Below, one piece after another: positions 1 to 12,659 of a stretch of 64,000 bases of DNA. The notes under the pieces are model-generated. The model worked only from the letters and a program-made list of their open reading frames with translations. It ran no database searches and had not been told where the DNA came from. Each line of letters starts with the position of its first letter. Position 1 is the first letter of the stretch. Both the position numbers and the translations under genes were made by a program. This DNA is from Selaginella moellendorffii (lineage: Eukaryota; Plantae; Lycopodiophyta). Where the stretch lies: assembly GCF_000143415.4 (NCBI RefSeq), contig NW_003314342.1:643569-707568 (forward strand), given 5' to 3'.

Positions 1-1295
1 TTGTATGTGCTCAGGTGTTCAGTAGTCTCTACTCAGACAAGTGGAAGAATGCTCGTCAAATACGAATCCTATAACTTAGTATCAGTAGCTCATGGTAATC
101 ATGAAGGTAAACCCAACTCCATTGGTAGTATTGGATTATGATCATATAAGAGTTTATAGAGTGAAGCACCAATAAAACTTTGCACCTTTGTGACATATGC
201 ATACCGAAAAGACAATAAATAATCATCTCAATCCAAATCTTAAAAATTCACATACTTTGCAATCATCCCTTTGAATGTTCAAATGAGCTGTTTCACCAAA
301 CCATCTAATTGTGGATGATAAGCACTCATGAAAGTTATCCCCAACCGAGATATCAAAACATGAAATGCCTCAACAATAAATGTAGACCATTATCCAAAAA
401 AAAACCGCTCCAGACAAGAATGCTAGAATACCACTCAATTGAGGAGGAAGTATCTAACAGTAGTGGCAAAGGTGCTAGTAAGAGCACTAACTTCCACCCA
501 GTGAGTCAAATAATTAGAAGTAGTAATAACATATTTATTGCCAGCGGTCAATCATGAAAAAAGTCCCATAAGATCAAATGCCACCAACTCAAACAAATGA
601 AAAACTGCAATTGACTTTAACTGTCCTTCTACAATATGAGGGGGAGTATTACAAGCTTAGCACTAAACACAACTATGCATATACCGGATAATATCATTTT
701 ACATCTCTGGCTAATAGAAAGACCTGCACAGCTTCTCGGTCATATGACAATGTCCTATATACTCGCCTAGAATAGGGAATCATGGTAAGCATGGAGAAAC
801 TATGAAATAAATATTGAAGGCACCACCAACTATAAATGATCATCAAAATCCGTCCCCACAAAATAAAGAAGCCCGTTTTTAAGGTGATATTGAGAATGTA
901 AATGCTGGAATGGCAAGTCATCAATAAGTGATGTAGGATTTTTAAACCCATTTCGAAGCCTTTGAATCCATGGCTCAATCTTTTAAGCTTCGTAAACCTC
1001 ATCAAAAGAGGGTAAATCTTACTTTGCACTTTGTGAACATTGAACGTTAAGTATAACAACCGCTAATGGCATAGAATTCTCATCTAGAAAATCCACAAAT
1101 ACTGGAATAATGGGCTCATCAGAAACATGAGAAAAGAATGAAGGAGGAAGAGGAGCTCGAGAAAGGGCATTAGCATTAGCCATAGAACTCCATGTGCGAT
1201 GAACAACATCAAAATCATATATCTGAAGCTTCAAAGCCTACTGAGCAATATGACCAACCAGGTTTTTCTACTTTAATAATGAAGTAACAATAGCA
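1..1295 (-). mobile_element. Degenerate Ty3/gypsy RNaseH-integrase fragment, same family as the element at 38588-57027
   Basis: Reverse complement aligns by eye to ~55190-56490 (e.g. tttgacgagcattcttccacttgtc). Translation LQIYDFDVVHRTWSSMANANALSRAP is the RNaseH C-terminus. Many stops. Confidence 0.85.
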
Positions 1296-3215
1296 TGATC
1301 ACCTTCTAATAACATTCAAAAACCATATAGATATGCATGTCCTAAATTTCAGTTAAGTACCACCTCAAAATAGTACTAAGTGTGAATCAGCATTATTCTA
1401 GTGAAAATAACTTAAATTTAAGTTATCCTAACTTTAGGACTAAGTACAAAGTAAAAAAGTCCAGGATAAAGAGCATGTATGAATTGGCTCAATCTTGTCT
1501 AGAATATAGCTAACCCAACTTATCACTTAGTTTATTTGAGCACTAACATAGTTGCTAACTAGCTAAATGAACGAATGTTAATAACACAAAGGTATGACTA
1601 AATTATCAATACCATTATTATCAAAACTAGTGAAATAAAATTTCTATCTTTATGGGCCCTCATCAATCACCAATTATCTGAATTACCACAAATGAAAAAT
1701 CCAACCTTTCAACTATGCCTATGAAGAAAACACTTCATCTCATTTCAATCTTAACTTCAATAATGTCAATATTAAAGTATCAATTCAGTGCCATTAACAC
1801 AAAAATAAAGCTAAAAGAAAGCTAAAATGAATCACCACTCAAAGCTTTTTAGCAACCAAGCTAACCAAGATTAAAGATATATTTATTTAATATCTGACTT
1901 CAACAATACTCACTATAAATAACACATCATCAATGAATGAAATATTATGTCTAAGACACCAAGACTAACTCAAAGATCAGTAAGATCTCACTATAAAGTA
2001 TAACAAAATATAAGATATAACCTACAACCAAACATAATGCTATAAAGAAATGCATCAAGGTCATTTTTCTAGAAAAACATAATACCACTTTTTTATTCTA
2101 ACTCTAAATTTTATCTAACTTAATTGCATTAGTCTCAAAAGCTAGCATCCCTTTTGAGCCAAACTATTTATTAAATTCTAAGCTAACCAAAGTCAACTCT
2201 AAACTTTGGCTAATTTCCAATGGCTCACATAAATAAAATAGTTTTTGGGTAAAATGATCAATAAATCAACCATTAGAAAAAGCCTAAAAAATATGTGGAA
2301 ACATTTCCATTTTAGAAAAAGAATGACTCTCCATTCAAGAATATAAATTCTCATAACTCAATCAACTTCCTACTACCTACAATTTCACATAAGTTCATCT
2401 TAATATAAATTTCTATAACTCAAAAAAATGTCTAACAATATATCTATATGCTCGACATTCGATAATTGTATTTGTAAATGTTAATGAATACCCAAAACTT
2501 GATCATGACGACTATATTTTTGGATATCCAAACTACATTTACATTCTTCTTTAATCACATTCAAGATTTAGTATAAAGCTAAAACACTAACAAAAAAAAT
2601 GATATAAAATTTTAAATTCTAAGGATTTTAGAATTCCAAACTTTTGCATCATAATCTAGATATCACAAATATCATATATATATGTATGTATCACAATCTG
2701 ATTTAATCATGGCTAGATGCTAGATAGAGTTAATTTATGAGCTAGTTATGATTCAATCAACAATTTAAGGATAATAGTGAAAATTTTAAATTGATTTTGA
2801 TCCAATCAGAGAGGAAATGATACACATTTTGATGTAAAGAGAGGGTTGTTCATAGAAATTCTAAATGTTTTATCCTACCACATAAATACTCATTCATAAA
2901 TATCTTGATTGAGCAGGATAAGTCATTATCAATAAGAGAAGCATAGGAAATAACAAAGTATTGATGAATTGGACAATTATTTTAAAGAACAAGTGAGCGA
3001 TGAACAAAATATACATGATAGCTGAAATGCATTATAAGCATCCTGTTTTTTTATCCTATTACAAAATTTGAAGAGGAAATGAGGAAATGCTACAATGGAA
3101 ATTTATAAAAATTATGATGTAACTTATGTGAAGTTACTCGTGTATGGAAATTTGCTTGGTTCAATTAATCTAGATAAAGGCTGATGAAAAGTTTGATTTC
3201 AAAAGGTTATTTCTT

Positions 3216-3620
3216 TTATATGGTGTTTTCTTTATTAATTTTATGCATTATAGATTTTTTATCTGCTCGAACAGCAGTGGCCAACAGAGGACGGGCGACG
3301 GCCTCCACCGTAGAATTCCAGCCGCAGTGAGAAATAAAAGCTCCAACCGCTACTTTCGTCTGGGGCGACCACGGGACGACCATTCCTTGATCCGTGCTTG
3401 GGAATCGGACCTTGGAGATCTCTGGCTGCTCGAGTCGGATCACCCACAGGAATTTCTTGCTGCTGGCTTCCAGTCCTCGCACGATTTCTTCCATCTGGTC
3501 GCCAGTCATGGCCGCAAAGCTCCAATCGGTATCGCATACGCCAAATCTGACAGTGTGTGGCTCGTCGTTGAGAGGACCGACTGGTAGGTGTTCACGATGG
3601 CGAGATCGGCAGCCATGAGA
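3216..3620 (-). pseudogene. UDP-glycosyltransferase (GT1) C-terminal relic
   Basis: GLEASSKKFLWVIR...VVPWSPQTKVAVGAFISHCGWNSTVEAV is a PSPG box with an internal deletion and a truncated end; no N-terminal half. Confidence 0.85.
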
Positions 3621-4009
3621 GCTTGGCTGTTGATCCTGGTAAGCTTTGTCGTTGCAAAAATGCCACGGTATCTCCGACCTTTGCACTTCAGGATCTGAGA
3701 GGATCACATCGTCAGCTAGCTCGGGGAGAGACATGGCCTTCCCCTGGGAATGGGAGCGCAACGATGTGTTTGGTAATGGAGGAATTTTTTTTGTGGTTTA
3801 TATTTGGAGCTGCCACTTGGATCATTTAGACGCAATGAGGATCCGGCCATTTTCTCTTGGATGGGATCGCATGTTTGGTGTAATTTTGTGATTTATACAC
3901 TAGCAGAGCATCAATAATGGTAAAATTATTAAACTTTATCATAAATATGTTTTAGCGAAACATTAAAATCTATAGCTGACAAAGCAGAAGAGAAGATCTT
4001 CCCGCCTCA

Positions 4010-4620
4010 TCTCGCCCTCTCAGCAGCGAACCCTGGTTGTCGGATTCCAGATCTGGACGGCCAGAGAGCGTCGCGTGGAGGATCTTGCCAATTCCGACGC
4101 TGTCTGGGCCGTCGGATCCCCTCTGCGCCAGAATGTCCAGCAGATCCCAAGGTCGGTCCAGCTGCGGTTGCCGTACACGAGGTGAGGCCGCTCTTCACGG
4201 ACATGACATTCCGGATTCCGATCCGGAAGTACGAGGGCTACAGAACGGCTGGGATCCAAGAGATCCAGAGTCCCGCCAAGGAACGCTCGAGCTTCGCAAC
4301 GTTGTAGAACATGTCTATGCAGTGGAGCTGGCAGTAGTTCCTCACCAACATCATCCCCTTCTCACACTGCTTGATCTTCCTCCATCTTCGGACCCAAGCT
4401 CATACTCCTGCTCGATTGGATCCAGCGAGCCTGGCTGGAAGTTAAAGATCTCTGGCTGTTGCTGCTCGGCGGAGAGAGGCCTCCAGCTACTACCGGACTG
4501 CTGCTATACAGCGCTCGGATCGTCCCAAGGATGAACAAGAGATCCCGGTTATCCAAGAAACATGACCATCGAGAGCACGCTTACCTGCTAGAGAGCTTGT
4601 CATCGTCCTCGACATTGTTT
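4010..4620 (-). pseudogene. GT34 glycosyltransferase pseudogene, paralog of 7572-8891
   Basis: Manual minus-strand translation across frames gives NYCQLHCIDMFYNVAKL, HLVYGNRSWTDLG and DLLDILAQRGSDGPDSVGIGKILHATLSGRPDLESDNQGSLL. These are collinear with DYCRLHGIELFYN, HLIYGERKWTGLN and DLLDTWAPMG..IGKVLTLALSGRPEDFESDDQGAF of the intact gene. Frameshifts and deletions present. Confidence 0.8.
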
Positions 4621-4999
4621 TTCTTCCTCTTACTGTGCGTGCTCGAATAACTCTTTTAAACGGGTGGAGCGCTGGTTAAATCGCTTCAGCTGAAAACGCG
4701 CTGGCCAGAAGAATTAAGATGGTGGTGGACAATTTGTCCTGCTCCAGATCTTCCTACAGCGATTCAACTGGCCTAGGAGAAAAATCGAAAGAGAAGAGCG
4801 TATCACCTATGTGAATTACCTATGGTTTCTGGAAATCAAAAAACCACCAAGGGCGGATTGCGTACAAATATTGGATCCTGCTCCATACATAGAAACTAAA
4901 ACCATTAAGGATCTAATAGCATACCAAAAATTCTCACAAGGTGCGTCCAGCTACAAGCGTTGGGAGTTTGGCAGCAAGGTGGAGAACTTAAACACATTT

Positions 5000-5709
5000 C
5001 TATCTCCTCACGGGCATGGCTCGGCCACCAGGGACTGGCTGCGGCACGCCTCGACCAGCAGCTCTTGCCTGCTAAAACACACTTTGTTAGAAACAAAACG
5101 AAGAAGGAAAATAAAAGAGAGAAGGAAACGAAGAGAGAAGTCGAAGAACATTACCTTCGCCCGCATGGATACCGCTCGTCCTCTTCCAACTCCAATTCCA
5201 GCAGAGCCCTTCCCCTGCAGAAAGGAATGTTAAAGAAAGAAAATTAATCTAGCACCTGGAAAGAAAAAAATAAGAGAGGATCATCGTACCTTGATCTTGG
5301 CTTCCAATCGTTTGAACATCGGAGCGTTTTTCAACATGTCAGGAATGATCATGAACCTGAAAGAAAAGAAAGAAAAAATCACAACTTTGTTCCAATCTCT
5401 AAACATTTTATTTTCGCAATACCTGACTTTACTGCCGCGAACGAAGACATGCTCGAGCTGCGAAACCTTCCCATCCTAGAGAACGAGAAAAACACGAGAA
5501 ACCAATGTAAGCACGAGAAACCGAGAGAAAAACTAGGAATTGGGGCAAACCTTGGCAGTGTAAGTGATATTCTCGAGCTGGCAGTTCCAGTTATCCTCGC
5601 ACTCGATCAGCGTACCCCTGTAGAGCTCGCCGCTCTTGAGCTCCACCGTGACGACGTGACCTTCCGCCTCGTGGAGGAGCTTCACTGGAATCCCCAAGCT
5701 CTTGCTCAT
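5000..5709 (-). CDS. SmD3: Small nuclear ribonucleoprotein Sm D3; 5 exons (5709-5551, 5475-5423, 5356-5290, 5214-5155, ~5068-5000)
   Basis: [32 protein letters not shown]...[34 protein letters not shown] plus an RG-rich tail; GT-AG introns. Confidence 0.97.
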
Positions 5710-5727
5710 GGCGCCCAAAGAAGCAAG

Positions 5728-5736
5728 AAACCCTAG
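5728..5736 (+). promoter_or_regulatory. Telo-box (AAACCCTAG) in the short divergent SmD3/PP2C intergenic region
   Basis: AAACCCTA motif ~20 bp upstream of the SmD3 ATG; typical of plant translation and RNA-processing genes. Confidence 0.5.
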
Positions 5737-6040
5737 AAATCTGCCCTAGGGCTTTAGCTCTTGCCAAAAGAAATAATATTCCCGCTTTAGGCGACTAAGT
5801 TACAGGGCCCCGACCGTTGGATTGTTTGAACCGCGTTGTTCTTGAGGATCCGACGGCCAAGGTTGGCTAGGTCTTTCTCGAACGCGGGGATAGAGTTTGT
5901 GGTGCTGGGACGAGATCGATCGATCGATCGTGTCGCGGGAGGTGGAGATTGCGAATGCGAGTTTAGGTCTCGTATCTGGGAGCGCGAGGAGGCTGTGCGC
6001 CGCGGTATGTAGGTTTTGGATCAGCTGTGGGGAGGAAATC

Positions 6041-7302
6041 ATGCGTTGCTTGACGGAAGCGTTTCTATCTAGCGATTCTCGGCCGCCGGTCAGTGGCAGC
6101 GGGCTAAGGTTGGAGTTTGTGTCGGTGAATTTGGGGCTAAGAGGTGTTTGTTTGTTCTTTGACAGCGAAGATGAGCGATTCAGCTATGGCTACTCGAGCC
6201 TTTGCGGGAAGAGGATGTCAATGGAAGATTTCTACGATGCTAGAATTTCCAAGATAGATGATACTGTGGTGGGTTTGTTTGGAGTTTTCGATGGTGAGGC
6301 TTTCCTAGTTTCTCTTCTACCAGGATTCATCGAGAATTCTCTTGGTTCTTGCAGGACACGGTGGTTCTGAGGCTGCCGAGTATGTGAAGAAAAACCTCTT
6401 TGACAACCTGACAAGACATCCTCACTTTGTGAGCAACACGAAGCTTGCTATTGGTTAGTGGATCTTCGTGCAAACGATTGATTGGTTGATTTAACATTCT
6501 TCTTCTTTGTTTTTTTCCTTCTTTCCAGAGGAGGCCTATAGAAAAACCGATGCGGACTACTTGCACAATGGCCCCGATCAGTGTGGCTCCACGGCCTCCA
6601 CAGCGATCTTGGTTGGAGATCGCTTGCTTGTGGCCAACCTGGGCGATTCACGAGCGGTGCTGTGCAAGGCTGGTGAAGGTACGTTTTATGGTTTTTATTA
6701 TTTGGTGTGATGGTTTTCACGTGTGCTACTCTTTCCAGCCGTTCCCTTATCCAACGATCACAAGCCGGATCGATCGGACGAGCGCCAAAGAATAGAAAAC
6801 GCTGGAGGATATGTCTTGTATTTGGGTATGCACGCAAAAGCACTTTTTGGCTCGGATTGACGATGTCTCGTGCGTTTGTCTAGGAACCTGGAGAGTTGGA
6901 GGCGTGCTGGCCGTGTCTAGAGCCTTTGGAGACAGCTCGTTGAAGAAATTCGTCCTCGCGGATCCAGAGATCCAGGTTTGCTGCTAGTTTTTTGCGACGG
7001 TCTTTCGTAGCTCACCTCGAGACACTGACAGGAAGAGAGGATAACGGAAGACGTCGAGTTTTTACTCCTCGCGAGCGATGGTTTGTGGGATGTTTTGACA
7101 AACCAGGTGAGCTTCGTGATTTGATCTCAAAGGCTGTGAATTCACTTGTTCTTGGCAGGACGCTGTGTCGATGGTCCAATCCATACTGGATCCGGAGGAA
7201 GCAGCCAAGAGATTAACGAGCGAGGCGTATGGCAAAGGAAGCGCTGACAATATAACTTGCGTCGTCGTGAGGTTCCTCCACAAGAACTCGAAGTGTGAAT
7301 AG
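6041..7302 (+). CDS. Protein phosphatase 2C (clade F-like), multi-exon
   Basis: [80 protein letters not shown]; stop TAG at 7300-7302. Confidence 0.95.
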
Positions 7303-7571
7303 AGTGTATTGTTATAATTCTTGCTAACCGGTGTTTAACGTGTTAATAAGCATAAAATATTATAATAGAACTTTGATCGATCTAAATGAATCTTATGGAA
7401 GTACCGCCATGATATCGATTGATGTCAACGTAAAACCTCTCATCACATACGAATCCTATGAGCAACCAATCGATTGATCCAATATATCCCATCGACTCGA
7501 TCGAGCTTGTCACAATCCATTGCTTCTTGTATAATTGATCGATTGGATTCACTCACCGGTGAGCGAATCCA

Positions 7572-8891
7572 TCAAGTTTGCTCGTCGCTGCTCTTGGCAG
7601 CAGCCACGATCTCGTGCGTCGCGAGGCTGGGATGGACATATCCAATCCCCTGCAAGATCTGGTTATCCGCGAAGAACAGCGCGCGATCCATTTGCCTCCT
7701 ACACTCTTCCGGCGTGTAGACATTGTTGATCTTGCCGCTGCAAATCTGGCATCCCGTGAAGTGCGTGACAAAGGGCCAGCGATCGTCCCCAAATCCCGGG
7801 TGGCTGTTCTTCGCAAACTCCTCGTATCTCTCCACTAGATCCTTCCAGTAGCCATTCAAGTAGTAAGCGTTCTCGAGGTAGACGCGCGAGCCCCACGCCG
7901 CACGATCGGCATTGAGCAAGTAAATAAACGCGCCTTGGTCGTCCGATTCGAAATCTTCCGGGCGGCCGGAAAGAGCCAGCGTGAGGACCTTGCCGATTCT
8001 ATCGGCCACGATCCCCCGGAATCCCATGGGCGCCCACGTGTCCAGCAGATCCATCGTCCACTGGCAGTTCCTCACCAGGAAGATTCCCATGTTGAGCCCC
8101 GTCCACTTCCTCTCGCCGTAGATGAGATGATCCCAGCCATGGAGCACGAAGTTGTGATCCTTGTAGCGATCCAGAGGGATGGAGAAGGCCATGTCGGTGA
8201 AAACGGCGTCGCTGTCCATCCACCAGAACCACTCCACGTCCGGGCGCGCGATCATCCAGGATCGCAGCAGCGGGAGCTTGACCCACCAGCTGGGGAGATC
8301 GGACGAGAAAGTGGCGGCGTTGTAGAACAACTCGATGCCGTGGAGGCGGCAGTAGTCGATCTTGTTCTTGGTGGATCGCAGGAGCATGTAATCGCCCAGA
8401 GTGTTGAGGCATGGATGGGGCTGGGAGCCAGTGACGAGCAAGAGCTTGGAGGGATCGCGATCTTGGTTGTGGTCGGCAAACCAGCGCGATCGCTGCTCGT
8501 CCCAGTCGGTGATTCGGGGACCCAATGCGAAGGACGTGTTGAGCAGGGGATCGATCGCGAGGGACTTGTTGAGGAGGAATTCGAGGTCTGTGCGCTCGGG
8601 CATGTACTGTGTGGCGTGCGAGTAAGAAGAAGAAGAAGAAGAGCTCTTGGAGCTCTTGGAGGAAGAGGGAGATTTAAAGGAGAGTGGGTGCCTGGATGCG
8701 TCGCCACTAGCGGCAGCAGCGAATTGGTGGTGGGCTTCTTCCTCCTCGGATTCCACCGGGGAATTGGACGCGTATGGCGCCAGCACGAAGCTCCAGATGA
8801 GGAATCCTGTGAGAATCGCGCCGATTGTCATGGGGATGTTGTCGGAGATCACTTTGATCGCGGGCCTGGTGCTGGATTTGGCAGGCTTCAT
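7572..8891 (-). CDS. GT34 family glycosyltransferase (xyloglucan xylosyltransferase / galactomannan galactosyltransferase-like), single coding exon
   Basis: N-terminal TM segment; LLLVTGSQPHPC, NKIDYCRLHG, WFWWMDSDAVFTDM, RWPFVTHFTGC; ATG at 8891. Confidence 0.93.
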   Translation of the reverse strand: MKPAKSSTRPAIKVISDNIPMTIGAILTGFLIWSFVLAPYASNSPVESEEEEAHHQFAAAASGDASRHPLSFKSPSSSKSSKSSSSSSSYSHATQYMPERTDLEFLLNKSLAIDPLLNTSFALGPRITDWDEQRSRWFADHNQDRDPSKLLLVTGSQPHPCLNTLGDYMLLRSTKNKIDYCRLHGIELFYNAATFSSDLPSWWVKLPLLRSWMIARPDVEWFWWMDSDAVFTDMAFSIPLDRYKDHNFVLHGWDHLIYGERKWTGLNMGIFLVRNCQWTMDLLDTWAPMGFRGIVADRIGKVLTLALSGRPEDFESDDQGAFIYLLNADRAAWGSRVYLENAYYLNGYWKDLVERYEEFAKNSHPGFGDDRWPFVTHFTGCQICSGKINNVYTPEECRRQMDRALFFADNQILQGIGYVHPSLATHEIVAAAKSSDEQT

Positions 8892-10018
8892 CGCAAGCGA
8901 GGCTCGAATCAATTCAGCGATCGATTGATTGATAGAAACAAGAACGAATTGACAAGAACAAGAGAACAATCGCTCATGAATGGAAGAGATAGAGAGATTG
9001 GATAAGAAATCGACCAATCAGTGATAAAAACAACTCTACCCGCGAGAAGGAATCGATGCTGACGGAAGAAGAAATAGAAGGAAGCAATGATAGAAAGAAA
9101 GAAGAGATTGGAAGAACAAGACTACGACAAGATCCCTGAGATTACCCACATTGGAAAAGTTGGCCTTTTGTGCTCACAAGAGCGCCAGAGCAGGGGTATT
9201 TCCCCACATCCGGCTACCCGCCTGGGGCCGTCCGATAAGCCCACGGATCCAACGGCGGAGGAAGCCGTACGGCAGAGCGCCGCGGTTCAAGCGTGTCAGT
9301 CGGCCGCTGGCTTCGATGTGTAAGCTGCAACAACACAAAAGATTGGCGTCACTCAGGAAAAACCAAAGCAGCGGGTGAAAAATTGCTATCTTGCCTGGAG
9401 TCACGTTGCCATTTTTCTCGCCTTTTTTTTGTTCTCGCGCGCGCTCGCAGCCATTGTATATTTCACGGTTGTTGACGCTTTCTAACAGCCAATGCAGCTT
9501 CCACAGGAGATTTGTGTCGGTCGCCTCTCAATCATCCTAGAGTAATCCAGACGTCGCAATCCTGGCTACTATAGCGTGAGCGAGCGAATCCCATGCAGAA
9601 AAGGAAGAAAACAACAGCTTTGCTTACTTGGAAGAGGCATCCAGCTGCTGGACAGCCTTTGGCGACGAGATTTTAATCCGCAGGGTGCTTGGACCCCGGT
9701 GAAAACTGGAAACTTGGCGCAGCATCTTTGATCTCCCTCGAGAGAAGCGCTGTGGAGCGATTCTCGGTACGTATCTGGCTCCAAGTTTAGAGCAAAAGAT
9801 AAGATTTTCCAGGACGGAGTGGATGGGAGAGCCTGCGTCGAACAAAAATTCTCGCTGCCAACTAGCAAAGCACATGTAGCATCTCAGCTTTCCAGTTCGA
9901 GCGTGATTCCATTGTGTCAGTTTTCCTGAGAGAAAACACAGCTCTATGTTAGCTACCAAAACAAAAACTAGAATAAAACGGAAGGAACACATTTTTTACG
10001 CTTTAGTCCTGTCCTGTG

Positions 10019-12590
10019 TCATAGGCTGATCTCCTTGTCCACGATAAATTTCGCTGGCCGTCCTTCGTTTCCTTGTTCTTCTTCTTCCTCTTGCTCCTCC
10101 TCGCCAGTACTCTCTTCCTCTTGTCTTCGAATAAAGACATAGACAGAATGCTCCACACTGTCCAGTCTGGCATAAATGTCACTCCGTGCAGCTCTCAAAA
10201 ACATGTCCAGTCTCGAGTAGCCAAGCTTTCGATGATCGATGTCGCAGCTAAACTTGCTGTAGAACCTGGCCTTGATCATACTAATGGGAATTCCATCCGG
10301 GTGTTCCAGTAGCAACTCCTCGAGCAGCGGTGCGTAATCACTCAACGAGCGTGGATTCACCTTAGCCAGCCTGGGAAACGTCCTGGTTCTTATCATGCAC
10401 ACTGTAGACTTCGGATAATATACGTGAACGATGTCTTGCATGACGCCCAAGAGGTCCTTGATCCTCACACAGCCGAATATGTTGAGGTTGAGAGAGAGGC
10501 CAAACTGCTTCTTAAACTCTGCCTTGAGATGAGAGACGTCGAAGCTTCTCCGCTCCTGTTCCACATTTAAAAAGTAGACCATCCAAATCCTCAGCTCCTC
10601 GAGGCTGGGGTAGTGTCCCTGTATCGTTTCCCAAGGACACGGTTGATCATTTAATGCGGGAGCAGTGTCGTCCGAGTTTTGGATGTCATCTTCTTCCGTT
10701 TTAAGCTGCGAGGAAGGATCCTTTTCAAGCTCCCATGCCGAGGCATCAATCTCCTTTTCGGCTACGAGACGGCTGACGACCTCTGATACCCTGTCCTCTT
10801 CCCAGTTTCGAATGCATGGCGGTCCGGACTCGCAAAGCAAGCTTGTGAATTCCTTCCTGCGGTGTGAAAGCAAGTGTCAAAAGTCTTTCAAGCTGTCAAA
10901 ACATCAAAACGAAACTTACTGGCTTTGCGATTTGGATAAAAGGGAGGCACCTTCCTCAGTCTTAGAAAACTGTTTCACAATATCCGACGCGTTGTCTCCC
11001 TTGTCCTCTTTTGCTGCCGTTGTACGCCTCCAGAAGTGACTCCAGGAGCGCCTTGGAAATGATTGATTTGATGCCTCATCGTCTGGCGGAGAAATAGAAT
11101 GGCTGGGAAAGCTTTCCTTAATCTCCTCCTGTCCACCATCGACTTTTGCTCGACTCGCAGCCTTGGATCCGAACAGAAACCTTCTCCACGTCCACTTTCC
11201 TTCGTGGGCGCTGGTGACAGCACCTGGCGAGCGACTTTGAGATGTGCTCACTGCGTTTCCATCCTTCACTGTCACCGCATTTATCTGCCGCTGACACTGA
11301 GTCGTCGAGCTCTCGGTGGTGGCTGCTACTTGCTTTGCGACTTGGACGGCGACTTTGCTATCTCTTTGCCGAGCATCATGCGTGGAGCCCCCGGACGGTG
11401 CCTCACAGGACGACTGCTTTATAGACTCGGGCTGGTTGGTGCCGGAGTCGTTTTCAGTATTCGCCAGGGCTTTTTCCTTCGAAACACTCCTGTTCTCTGT
11501 TGCTGTGGAGTGCTCATCCTTCCTACCTGCCTTGGTCACACTCAAAAGCATCGATTCCGGAGGCTTTTGGCTGAGCGTCGAGGCCGCTTGCTGGAGCAGT
11601 GCGCAAATATCCTTGTGGAAGTCCTGTAAAGAATCCTGTTTCTCTAGTCTCCCTGGCAGAGAATCTTGAGCTGGACGTGGTGATGCTGGAATAGGTGGTG
11701 GCGGAGATGGAGTGTATGAAGATGGCGAACTTGGCAGCGATGGAGACAAAGGTGGCGGTGGTGTTGGCGGCGTAAATGATGGTGGAGGCGTTGGCGTTGG
11801 CGTTGGCGGCGTAAATGATGGTGGAGGAGACGATGGTGGCGGTGGCGGCGGCGAACTTATTTCCTGTAGAAACTCCTGCGAGGAGCGATGGACGCTGCTC
11901 ACGATTGTCTGTGCTACTAGGCCTTCTCCTCTAGCGAGCTTACCCCACTGCCATACTACCGAAGCTGCGGCAAGGAGAGCCGGGGAGGCCGAGTGAGAGT
12001 TGCATGCCAGAAGAACGTTGTAGTTCTTCATCCGGAGGGAGTGTAATGCACTGGAGAGATCACTGTCCGTGGAGATGACGAAGAGATGCGCTGGTGGCGG
12101 ATGATCGACAGTCCACAGCACCAAATCCAGCATGAGAGTTCGATCTGAGGCCAAATTCTTGCGAGCTGGATAGAAAAAACAGGTATCACAACGATGGATC
12201 CACGAAAATCCAGCAAAGAGAAAAGATCGAGAACTTACACGATGGCAAATGGTGGAGAGAAATCCCAGTGGAAGCCAACGCCTCCTGTGTGCTCCGCGAG
12301 AGCTGCCATGTATCACCATACGCGTCGATCGACACTGGACCCTTGAATCCCCTGGTTCGCAGCCCAGAGATGATATTATTGCTCACATTCGTCGCAGGAA
12401 TCCCAGCTGGGATGTCGCAGTCCTCGAAATCCCACCACACCGCCACTCTCACCGCTCGCGGCCCCGCATCCCATCCACTGCCATACAAGCTCCTGGGATC
12501 ATCCTCCGCCGGCGCCGGCGCGACGGACGCGCTCCACGATCGCCGCTGGATCCTGCTCGCCCTGAGAGATCCCCGGAGAATGCGAGACAT
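10019..12590 (-). CDS. NYN-domain endoribonuclease with two C-terminal OST-HTH/LOTUS domains (MARF1/MNU-like); 3 exons
   Basis: VAVWWDFEDCDIP, SIDAYGD, ASDRTLMLDL and LFVISTDSDLSSALHSLR define NYN. LKAEFKKQFGLSLNLNIFGCVRIKDLL and IPISMIKARFYSKFSCDIDHRKLGYSRLDMFL are LOTUS-like. Frame-compatible intron 10919-10857. Arg/Ser-rich N-terminus. Confidence 0.85.
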
Positions 12591-12659
12591 AATCTAAAAA
12601 CCCTAAACCCCAAACCGTCGGAAGCTTTACAACTTTGCCGGATGATTTACTGTTTGATA

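Noticed and set aside
7935-9005. 356-aa plus-strand ORF and similar antisense ORFs over the PPR and fucosidase genes
   Set aside because: Antisense shadows of GC-rich coding sequence.
9090-9995. Short ORFs between the GT34 and NYN genes
   Set aside because: No recognisable domain; likely UTR, promoter or intron sequence.
10893-10919. 27-nt micro-intron in the NYN gene
   Set aside because: A frame-compatible 63-nt intron (10919-10857) with a better acceptor explains the join.
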